64,000 nucleotides of DNA. Source: the human T2T-CHM13v2.0 reference genome, Homo sapiens. The position numbers and the translations under genes are program-made. Under the pieces are notes generated by a model. The model saw nothing but the letters and a program-made list of their open reading frames with translations. It searched no databases and was not told the DNA's origin. Shown one piece after another: positions 15,441-35,100 of the stretch (the stretch's first letter is position 1; each line of letters starts with the position of its first letter). The stretch lies in assembly GCF_009914755.1 (NCBI RefSeq), contig NC_060939.1, one strand, 5' to 3'.

Positions 15441-17379
15441 ATGCCTTCTAACTGCTCTCATTTGAAGGTATCACTCCTTCGCACCAACACAAGGCCAGGT
15501 CCTGTCTTTATTGAACATCTTTCACAATATATTGTGAATTACTTGTCTTTGGGTCTGTCCCTCTACCAGACTATAAACATTTTCAAGAGAAGCGTTTTTT
15601 CCTATTCAGATTTGTATCTCTGTTACTTTGCTTAGTGCCTGGCACAGAGTAAATCCAAGTAACACTGCTGAATAAATGAATGAACAAATTAGTTGAACTG
15701 ACATGACCACTTCAAAAAAAGTCATTCTTTTTCTGGGTCCCTCAGTTTATTGTCAGAATCATTTCCCAGGGAAAGATTTTCATTCAGAGACACTGTGATG
15801 CCCTCAGAGTTAAAGCATTTGATGTGAGGAAGCAGTGCAAGCAGCCCTTACCATTCCCAGGGTCCCCCTAAAACTTTGACCTCCCAGCCTCAGCCAGTCC
15901 TAACCTAACATCTGCTGGAGGTGCAGTTGCAATGGCTGAATTATTCAAAATATTCCCAACAACTAAGCACAAAAATGCTGTTGCTGAGTCACTCCCAGCA
16001 CAAAGCATTTTCTTTATGATGTCTGCCCTCTGAGGTGTAAATTGCAAGTCTCACAGCCTCACTCTATAGAGGTGAGCTAAATGACTTCTCCAGGGTCAGG
16101 GAACAAATGATGGAATAAGCGATGCATCAAATTGGAAGCGATTTCTAGGGATCTATGCTTCTGTATTTGACTATGTATATGTAGGTGTCAGGGTTGGAAA
16201 GTCCCCAAATATATCACCTATTAGATTAAGATCTTGAGATACAAAAATTTATTCTTGAATGTTAGTGCCAATTCTTCATGACGTGGTTGAAGGTGATTTC
16301 TTCTTGTTCCAACAGTGTGGAGGTAAGGAAGGGAAAGGGTTATTAACCATTTCCCCCCATGTTAACCCTTTATACACTCACAGTGATTTTTAAATTATCC
16401 CTTTCTTCCATATTAAAATTTGCAGTCCATTCATTAAAAAAAAATTAAGAACCTATTATGTGCCAGCAATTCTGGATTTCAACATAAAGTATGGTCCCTT
16501 TCTTTAAGGTCTGAGTTCATAGTCTTCCTTTAGGGTTTGCTTTAAATTCTTATTTCTGACGCTAATCCAGCTTTGTAAAATATGCTCCCAAATCTACCAC
16601 CTGGCAAACGTTTTGTAGTAATTTATTATTCTCTGTGCTTTTAACACACGGGAAAATCAGTGTTAATCTCTCTCCATGTTATGCCAATGACCAGCAGCCT
16701 GTAGACAAGTTAGGATTGTCTGCGCCTGGTCACATTGAAATACTTTCAATGACCTGCGATGGAGGAGTTGATTTTTGCTTGTGGAAGATACAGAGTAGCA
16801 ACTTGAAAATAATTGCTTTTTAGCAGTGAGTGTAAAGTACCATGGGAACGTCCCCTTCTCACACAGTATACACAGGTCTGTCATAATGTAGACAGTTCAT
16901 CTGGCTTGACTGATGCAAACAGGGCTTTTCTGGGAAATCTCACAGCCATCAACATTGTTCTGCAGTTCTCAATCACTTTGTGTGTCCCCAGAGCTGTTGC
17001 TGAGGGACACAGCAGGCAGAGCAGAGGTGCAGCTTTTCCTGTCGTCTTGTCATCTAGGGGACCCAAGGAGACTGAAGCCATCATTTCCTTTGCTGACTCA
17101 ATATCCTGGGCAAAACGGATGTATGGGGTCCCTGGTCTGCTCTGAAAGACACATGCTAGGGTTCCAAAACCAGTCCTTCAGCCTGCCTCCAACAGTGATG
17201 CTGACTTACTCACACAGCATCTCTCTGTGCTATTTATGCCACCTGCAAAATAGAGTTACACAGTAAAAGAATTTGGAATGAAAACACTGTTCAGTGAAAT
17301 AAATGACTTTTTCTCTTTTTTTAAAACTTCAGGGGCTAGGTTTTTCTAACTGGTAATAGTCTTCTAAGAGGGGGATGTA

Positions 17380-17499
17380 GGGATCCAGTGGCTCATGCGA
17401 GTAACCCCAGAGGCTGAGGCAGGAGAATTGCTTGAAGCCAGGAGTTTGAGACCAACTTGGGCAACAAAGCGGGACCCCATCTCTACAGAAAAAAAAAAA
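17380..17499 (+). mobile_element. FLAM-like Alu monomer
   Basis: Single left-arm-like unit with A tail; TSD aaga(g/a)ggggatgt at 17366-17378 and 17498-17510. Confidence 0.75.
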
Positions 17500-17714
17500 G
17501 AAGGGGATGTTTTAACTCATAGTAACCTGTCATTTATTAGTTCTGCCTTCAAATGCTGTCATTCTGCTGCTTCTAGTCAGCGAGGCATTGGAGGGTCTAC
17601 TTTCATTTGAGAATGACTTCTCCCTCCTCTGAATGCTGGTTGTAGCATCTTCCTATATGCAACTATATTAAAGCTAAATACATGAGGGTAGGGACGGTCT
17701 GTCTTGTTTGTTAC

Positions 17715-18015
17715 TGTCTTGGTTTGAGTTTCCACAGAAGCAGACCCTGGGATAAGCAGACCCTCGAGTGCAAGCAATTTATTTGAGAGGCGATCCCAGG
17801 AAACACTGATAGCAGAGGGAGACAGGGTAGGGAAGTTAGCCCAAAATGAATCATTACTAAACAAGTTAGCATCGTGGGTAAGTGGAACTTAATTCCACTG
17901 GAAAACTTAGGGAACAGGGTATTACACACATCTCAGAGCTGTCCCAACTGAGGAGTAAGGGAACTTGGGTATTTATATGACAGTTTCCATTAGTCATTGG
18001 TTTAGGGCTGCCCCC
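17715..18015 (-). mobile_element. LTR33-like fragment
   Basis: agaagcagaccct...gagtgcaagcaatttatttgagaggcgatcccagg...agtcattggtttagggctgc. Confidence 0.65.
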
Positions 18016-18029
18016 ATTTAACATAACAG

Positions 18030-19560
<1,531 letters not shown>

Positions 19561-21226
19561 ACTTATCTTTTAAAAAGAAAACACATTAGCCATTAACAAT
19601 AGTGGGTGATTTGCTCAGTGTTCTGCCCTCTACTAGACTGTGAGCTTCAAGAGAGCAGAAGCCCCATTTGTTTTGCTCTCTACTATATGCTCAGCACCTA
19701 TCATAGCACCTGGGACCACTTGAGTGCTCAAGTCATATTTGTTAATATTATAAGTTTGTAAGAACCTCTGTGCATTGAGCTGTGGCTTTATCCTATCTCC
19801 CTTTGCAGACATGATCTGTTCTTGGCAGATGCTGGTGGCCCCAGAAGCTCGAGCACAGGTGCACTGTCTAGGAAGGGAGCTTGCAGGTGGGAACCCAGCA
19901 GGGCCCTGGGTGTCCTTGGGCACTGACAGGGTCCCAACTGTGAGCACCATCTGCTCCTGTGAAGGGTGTCTGACAGTAGCCGCAGCCCTGGACCTGGAAG
20001 GTGAGTACCTCTGAGACCCAAAGTCAGGCTCCCATTCCCATCCTCCCTGCCTGTAGGGAGTCCACGGAAAGTCACTTTAACCCTGGAAATAGAAAGCACC
20101 AACATATGTACCACTTTGTAATTTACCAAGTGTTTTCCCACATATGTTCTTATTTTATCTTCTCCATGACCCTGTAAAGTAGTTGTCTAATAACCTTATT
20201 TTACAGAGAGGTTAACTGACTTCAACAAGCTCACGCAGCTGGCAACTGACAAACCTGGGATTCAAACCAAGTTTTTAACCATTTATTCCTATATTAAATG
20301 CAGTACTGCTGTGTCATTTATGGATCTTCAGAAGCAATTTCTGAAACCTGACCCCTTCAGTAAGCTTTACTGGACTGCTGGAAAGATAAGTAGCAGGCCC
20401 CGCTTGCCTTTTATCCAATTTATCCCATATGCTTCCGAGATATTAACCTGCCTGGACCACTACTAGGATAGTGTCATTCTCCCATGCAAATTTTTCATAT
20501 TCCTCATCACCTACCAAGTAAAATTCACATTCCTTAGCTGCTGTTCAATGCTCTTTTGCCCCAACTCACCTCTGTAGACTCATTTTCCTTAAAAAACAAC
20601 TTCGCATTCTAGCTGGTCATGTCATTATCCTCATTTCCACAACTTTACTCCTCAACTTCTCCTTCGTATGGAACAACAGTTCCTTCCATCTTCCCTCGGG
20701 AAATTTTTCTCACCCTTCAAGTCCTCACTCAAATACCACTGCCACTCCCTATTGGGAAGATTTTTACTTCATTTGAACCCTGAGAGTACATGGTTTGTAC
20801 CTTTCCTGTGGCATTAACTGTCAGGTGTCATGGGTATATTTGCATCTTGCTTGTTTTCCTTATTAGATCCTGTGATCCCAGAAGGTTAGATACATGCCTT
20901 ATCCGTTTCTGTAGCCCCTATGGTGACTAGCATAGCTGTTTGCCCATTGTAGATATTTAATTGATACTTTGTAGAGTGAATACATTACCACCTCTCCAAC
21001 CATTGTCTATGAATTGAATATCCTTTGGTATGCATAGCTTTAAACATTGTTTGCGTTTTAATTCTATTTTATGTATTTGGTTAGCATAGTCTCTACCCTC
21101 TGTATACTTTGCTTCTAACTTGACATAGATTGTATGAATATCTAAATTCTTTGCAAATGAGGTGGACACGTGCAGATTGTGGAGTCCACAGCTCTACTCT
21201 GGCTCTGCCGTTCACTGGCTGTGTAA

Positions 21227-21601
<375 letters not shown>

Positions 21602-22119
21602 TAATAATCCCTGCTTTGCTTCTTTAATTCACTGCAAGTTTGTTGGGAGGATAAAGGAAATAACAGATGTGTAAGTGCTTTGCCGCCTATAAATCACCCA
21701 GAAATGTCGTTTCATTGCATCTGCTGTTAAATGCAGGCACATCTTTTGCTGCTGGCAGCCCCCACCCATCTGCTCCTCTTTCGGTGAAAAATTGACTGTC
21801 GGGTGGCAGGGAATGTCGAGCGGGCGGCAGGATGGATGATGAAGAAGCAACCATGTCTCCTGAATGGCGTGTGGCACTGGGGCTTTGTTGTGGTGGGTGT
21901 TAGGTGAAGCGGGGACATTGTCTTCTGAAAGGCCGCTATGAGGAAGGGAAAAGCCTGTGTCCAGGCAGCCTCGACTACCAGCCTAGTCCCAGGGTGTACG
22001 CTACAGGGAGTCAGGCAGTTTGGGAAACTTCTCAGACTCAGAGCTTCAGAAGTTGACATGGGCTGCCTGAGGGAAGGTGTGGGCCCGAATGCTGTGCAAG
22101 TGCGACATCAACTTCCACT

Positions 22120-22338
22120 AATAAGGGTCACAACCGCCCTTCAACGTAGAAGCAACCATCTCGGTGCCCAAGGTCAAGAGAGACACCGAAGCCCGGAAAT
22201 GCCCTAAGCGGGAATCTTCGGAGCCTGCCCATTGGCTTCTGCTGAACGGGAGGGTGGGCCCTGGGGCGCTCCGCTTACTGATTGGTTCGATGCCAGATTG
22301 GCAGGTCCCCGCCGGCAGTGCGTGTGGTGAGGCAGGAC
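22120..22338 (+). promoter_or_regulatory. REC114: REC114 TATA-less, CpG-enriched proximal promoter
   Basis: Local CpG enrichment against a CpG-depleted background. Three inverted CCAAT boxes (ATTGG at 22231, 22281, 22297), GCGGGA at 22208-22213, and a CCCCGCC GC box near 22307, directly upstream of the ATG. Confidence 0.75.
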
Positions 22339-22497
22339 ATGGCGGAGGCAGGAAAAGTGCCCTTGAGCCTCGGGCTTACCGGAGGAGAAGCGGCAGAGTG
22401 GCCTCTGCAGCGGTACGCCCGCTGCATACCCTCAAACACCAGAGACCCACCTGGGCCATGCCTGGAAGCTGGGACAGCCCCCTGCCCCACATGGAAG
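22339..22497 (+). CDS. REC114: REC114 coding exon 1 (aa 1-53)
   Basis: GACATGG start (good Kozak) encodes MAEAGKVPLSLGLTGGEAAEWPLQRYARCIPSNTRDPPGPCLEAGTAPCPTWK, matching the recalled human REC114 N-terminus. Ends AAG|GTGAGG (phase-0 donor at 22498). Confidence 0.96.
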
Positions 22498-22934
22498 GTG
22501 AGGCCCGAAGGCAGGAATATCCCTGAGGTGCCCACAGCCCTCAGGAGGGGAGGCTCCGCGAATACACTGGGCCAGTGCCCCGAAAGCAATGCCGAGGGGA
22601 CACCGAGTGACTGCCAGGCCTGTTGGGGAATGGACAGGCCGACAACTAAGATAGGAAATACATACATAGCAGTAGGAGACATGGTTGGAACCCTTTACAG
22701 TCTCAAAATAATTATGCAAGGGAGTAGTAAACATTCATATATTCAATGTGTATTTATTGAGCGTCAAGTATGTGCTAGACTCTATTCAGGGTGCTAGGGA
22801 TGGAGCAGTGAGCAAGATATAAACGCTCCCCACCCTTATTGATGTTTTTAGTTTAGTGGAGGATATACTATTTATCCAAATAACTAATTACAGAAGGGAC
22901 AACTGAGTCATCCCGTAACCAAGCATTCACACAG

Positions 22935-25290
22935 GACTAAATTTGAATCCTCGCGTTGCCAGTGAATTTCTGGGACCTTGCTTTAGTTACTTAACCTCTC
23001 TGTACCTTATTTACTTTGTCTTAAAATAGAGATAATAATATAATAGTACAGGCCCTCAGAAATATTGGGATTCGGTTCCAGACCATCACAATAAAGCAAG
23101 TTACGACCTTTTTGGCTTCTCAGTGCATATAAAACCTGTGTTTGCACTGTACTGTAGTCTATTAACTTGTCTAAAACAATTATGTCTAAAAGAACAACGT
23201 ACCCACCTTGATTCGAGAATACTTTATTGCTAAAAAATGCTAACACTCACCTGAGCCTTCAGCAGGTCAGTCTTTTTGCTGCTGGAGGGTCTTGCTTCAT
23301 GCTGGTGGCTGCTGACTGATCAGAGTGGTGGTTTCCCAAGATTGGGGTTGCTGTGGCAATTTCTTAAAATAAGACAACAATGCAGTTTGTCACATGGATT
23401 GCCTCTAACTTTCAGGAAAGATTGCTCTGTAGCATGCAATGCTGTTTAATGGCATTTTTACCCACAGTAGAACTCCTTTCAAAATTGGAGTTAATCCTCT
23501 CACATTTTGCTGCTGCTTTATCAACTAAGTTTATGTGATATTCTAAATACTTTGCTGTCATTTCAGCAATGTTCACGGCATCTTCACCAGGAGTAGATGC
23601 CATCTTAGGAAACCACTTTCTTTGCTCATCCATAAAAAGCAACTCGTCATCTCTTCAAGTTTTATCGTAAAATTATAGCAATTCAGTCCCATCTTCAGGC
23701 TTCACTTCCAATTCTAGTTCTCTTGCTCTTTCAACACATCTGCAGTCCCTTCCTCCATTGAAATCTTGAACTCCTCAAAAGTCATCCGTGAGGGTTGGAA
23801 TCAACTTCTTCCAAATTCCTGTTAATGTTGATGTGTTGACCTCCGTCCATGAATCACAAATGTTCTTAATGGTATCTAGAATGGTGAATCCTTTTCAGAT
23901 GTTTTCTATTAACTGCCCAGATCCATCAGAGGAATCACTATCTACAGAAGCTATAGCCTTATAAAATATATTTCTTAAATAATAAGACTTGAAAGCAGAC
24001 AATTACTCCTTGATCATGGGCTGCAGAATGAATGTTGTGTTAACAGGCATGCAAACAACATTCATCTCTTTGTACATCTCTAACCAAGCTCTTGGGTGAC
24101 CAGGTGCCTTGTCAATGAACAATAATATTTTGACAAGAATCTTTTTTTCTGAGGAGTTGGTCTCAACAGTGGGCTTAAAATATTCAGTAAACCATGCTAT
24201 AAACAAATGTGCTATCATCCAGGCTTTGTTGTTCTATTTATAGAGCACAGGCAGAGTAGATTTAGTACAGTTCCTAAGGGCCCTAGGACTTTCAGAATGG
24301 TAAATGAGCATTGGCTTCAATTTAGAGTCACCAGTGGGATTAGCCCCTAATGCAAGAGTCAGCCTGCCCTTTGAAGCTTTGAAGCCAGGCATTGACTTCT
24401 CCTCTTTAGCTATGAACGTCCTAGATGGCCTCTTCTTCTAAGAAAAGGCTGTTTTGAATACGTTAAAAAATCAGATCAGACTTTGGCTTAAGGGAATGTT
24501 GTGACTGGTTTGATCTTCTATGCAGACCATTACAACTTTTTCCATTTCAGCAATAAGGCTATTCCACTTATCATTCCTGTGTTCACTGGAATAGCATTTT
24601 TAATTTCCTTTAAGAACTTTTCCTTTGCATTTACAACCTGGCTAACTGGCATAAGAGGTCTAGCTTTTGACCTATTTTGGCTTTCAACATGCCTTCCTCA
24701 CTAAGCTTAATCATTTCTAGCTTTTCATTTAAAATGAGAGATATGTGATTTTTCCTTTCACCTTAACACTTTGAGGCCATTGTAGGGTTATTAGTTGGCT
24801 GGATTTCAATATTGTTGTGTCTCAGAATAGTGAGGACTGAGGAGAGGGAGAGAGACAGAGCAAAGGCTGGTGGATGGAGCAGTTGGAATATACATATCAT
24901 TTATTAAGTTCACTGTCTTCTATGGGCATGGTTTGTGGCACTCCAGAACAATTACAATAGTAACATCAGAGATCACTGATCACAGATCACCATCATATAT
25001 AATAATAATAATAATGAAAAAGCTTGAAATATTGTGAAAATTACCAAAATGTGATACAGAGACATGAAGTGAACACATGCTATTAGAAAAATGGCACTGA
25101 GAGACTTGATTGATGTGGGGTTGCCACAAACCTTCAATGTGTAAAAAATGTAATATCTGTGAAGTGCAATAAAGCAAAGTGCAGTAAAGGGAAGTGTGCC
25201 TGTACCTACTTCATAGGATTATTTTGACCATTGCATAAGCTAATACATGTCAATCACCTAAAATAGTGCCTAGTATATATTAAGTTAGGG
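22935..25290 (+). mobile_element. MIR split by Tigger1
   Basis: MIR core ...ataatagTA | cctacttcatagg... resumes exactly across the Tigger1. Confidence 0.75.
23049..25202 (-). mobile_element. Tigger1 DNA transposon, near full length with internal deletion
   Basis: TA|CAGG...CCTG|TA ends. Degenerate DDE transposase peptides on the minus strand ([19 protein letters not shown]). 2154 bp. Confidence 0.92.
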
Positions 25291-25510
25291 GTTTGCTCTT
25301 ATTATCATTTTGTTCTAGTGGTATGCTTTAACGCCATGGGTTGCCAGTCATTCAGTTCCCTTTTGTCTGGTTTGACTATTGGATGAGGAACCTGGGATTT
25401 TGGATTATACACATACATGTACGTCACATGTGTGCACACATGCATACATGTTTGTGTATTTTGGGCAGCAGTAGATAGGAGAAGAATTAAAGAGAATAAA
25501 GGTCCCAGGT

Positions 25511-25849
<339 letters not shown>

Positions 25850-26574
25850 TCAGCATGTAATGTATAGTGAGAAGGCTAGCAAATCTGGTGCTTAGAGAAT
25901 AAGGGAAATGGTAGCTTGAGATAAGCCTGTCTGAAGATGTAGGCAGGTGCCTTGTGAACATTATTATAAATCCAGTGGGAAGCCACCGAACAGTTTTAAG
26001 CAGAGGCATTTTCATCTTTGAAAGATCACTCTGGCTGTGGTGTGAAGATGGAATTGGAGGGGAATATGAGTGGATTCAGAAAGATCATTTAGAATGCTAT
26101 TGCAGTGTTATAGGCAAGAGATGATGATGGCTTAGACTCAGGGCATGGCAGTAGAGATAGGGATATTGGGAATATATTTTGGAGACCAAAATGAAAAGGC
26201 TTGGTGATTGATTGTATATGAGTGGTGAGAGTAAAGGACTTCTGGGTTTCTAGCAGAAGCAACTGAGTAGATGGTTGAAGAATGGGAAACACTGGAGGAG
26301 GAACAGTGAGGGAAAAATCCAAGATGTCAGTTTTGGATGTATTGAATTTCATAAGATTGTGAAGCATCCAAGTGGAGATACTGAATAGGTGGTTGGGTAT
26401 ATTGGTCTAGACTCAGAAGGAAGATCTGGGCTAGAGATGTAAAGGTGTGAGTCATCAGCATAAAGGTGATATTTATAGTCATGGGATTAGGTGAGATTCG
26501 GGACCAAGCTTAAACGTAATCCAACATTTGTAAGTTGGGTAGAGGGGACAGAGCCCCAAAGAAGACTGATAAGA

Positions 26575-33303
<6,729 letters not shown>

Positions 33304-34917
33304 AAGATTGACAAGGGACAGAGAGTTGAGAAGCACCCAAGAGAATGGAGGTTTATCAGTGCTAAAGAGAGTTATTTCCAGGGGAAAGAGTGATTGATTA
33401 ACTTTGTTGAATGATGCTGCAAAATGAAGAAACATGATGACTAAGGGATATCTATTCCATTCAGCAGTGTGAACGTCCTTAATGGTCTTTACCAAGAGAA
33501 ATTTAAGTGGAGTGAAGGGAGTGGAAGCCAGATAGGAGTAGGGTAAAGAATGGCTGATGGGTGAGGAAGTGTAGCCAATGTGCACAGACAGTTCTTCTGA
33601 GAGGCTTGGCTGTGAGTATGATTAGAGAAAGGGCACAATGAATTATTCACCACATTCTAGAATATTAGAGCCAGGGGCACTCCTTCAAGATTGAAATCAG
33701 TATATTTAGGACCATAAAAAAGACATTAAATTCCTAGTTGTACTGTTCTGAAACCCTGTATCCTGAGAAATGATATAGGCTGAAATACAAAATGAGGTGA
33801 AGAAGAGTTAAATATAAGGATGACTGACCTATAATTGGATCTTATAAAAAGCTGGGAATGTTTGGTGACATATTTAATTTTTGAGACTGCTCCACAGGTT
33901 CCTTGATACCTTCTCATAAAACACTTTAAACCCTTTCTCCTAAAGCATCTGTGTTGGGTGCAGCTGAATAATTCTTAAATTCTTATCCTGCAACCCAGAG
34001 GCCAGGACATTTGACCATTCTAAGGAGTTGATTGTTATTACAATTTTTTTACTTCTCTTTGCAAAGCTCTTCATAATTGCTTATAAGGAACAGTGCTTTT
34101 AACAGTTTTCAAATGTTTGGCATAAAGCCACAGCTACAGTGACAAGAGATGAGGTTGGCTTTTGCAGTGCTTTTGAAAACTGAACATTTGTACCTTCCTT
34201 TGAATCTGTGCCGAACCATCCTACCCGCTGTGATCAGTTTCAGCCTAGGTCTGTCATTTTTTTTTTGGAAAAAACGAAAGAGAAAACAAGATTTGTTCTA
34301 TTTTATGGGCACTGGGACTATTGTGCAATAATAATAATAAAAGATGAGCCATCTAAAGAACTGTACTCTCTAAGTCTCATGTGAATTTTTTATTTTAAAA
34401 ATATGTGGTACCTGCAGTAAAAAAAGAGGTTAGGTAAAGCATAAAAATATATTATTGTGGAGGATAGAGTCATTCTAGTTGTTTTTTCTTTAGGGAACTT
34501 TCAGATTCAATCTTGGTTGAACCTATTTTGAGTTCTTTGATTTTTTCTGATTATAGGAGAATCTGTTCTCCTGGTACTGTTCTCTATAGCTGTTTAATTA
34601 CAGAGAAAACTTTCATCACAATGGCTCTATATGCTGAGACAAAAATGTCAACTCAAGAGAAAAAATGAATAGTACAACAAGACTCCTAAGACTCGAAGTC
34701 CTAGTTGAGAGGGAAGATCAATTCTGAGACAGAAAGAATGTTATGTATAAAATATCTAATATATTTTATAGAATAATATGCTTCATTATGTATACTGATT
34801 TGATTTACTTCTTTGAACTGAATTAATCTTGTTAAAAGACACTGTCTAGAGATAAACACAATTCGGAAGCAAATAAACTTTGTAAAACACGCATGCACAC
34901 TGAAAACCCAATGGTTT

Positions 34918-35100
34918 AGAGCTGTGCTACCCAGACCTTAATGTGCATAGAAATCATCTGAGGGTTTTGTTAAAAATGCAAATTCTGACTCAGTCAGAAT
35001 AGGTCTGGTATGGGGAATGAGATTCTAGTTCTAACAAGCTCCCAGGTGACACAGATGCTGTTGGTTCAAGGACCACACTTTGAGAGGCAGGGGTTTAGAA
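34918..35100. mobile_element. MER5-like hAT MITE
   Basis: tgttaaaaatgcaaattctg...taacaagctcccaggtgac...ggaccacactttgag. Confidence 0.7.

Noticed and set aside
16813-17266. 110- and 117-aa ORFs in unique sequence
   Set aside because: No recognisable homology, and overlapping frames consistent with chance.
22290-22526. Out-of-frame upstream ATG overlapping the REC114 start
   Set aside because: It lies among the CCAAT boxes and so is probably upstream of the transcription start. No evidence it is in the mRNA.
22282-22797. 171-aa ORF across exon 1 as a standalone gene
   Set aside because: It is REC114 exon 1 plus read-through past a canonical donor. The TTG start and intronic tail have no support.
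23412-24218. Transposase-like ORFs as a domesticated TIGD-type gene
   Set aside because: Short, frameshifted Tigger1 remnants with an internal deletion.
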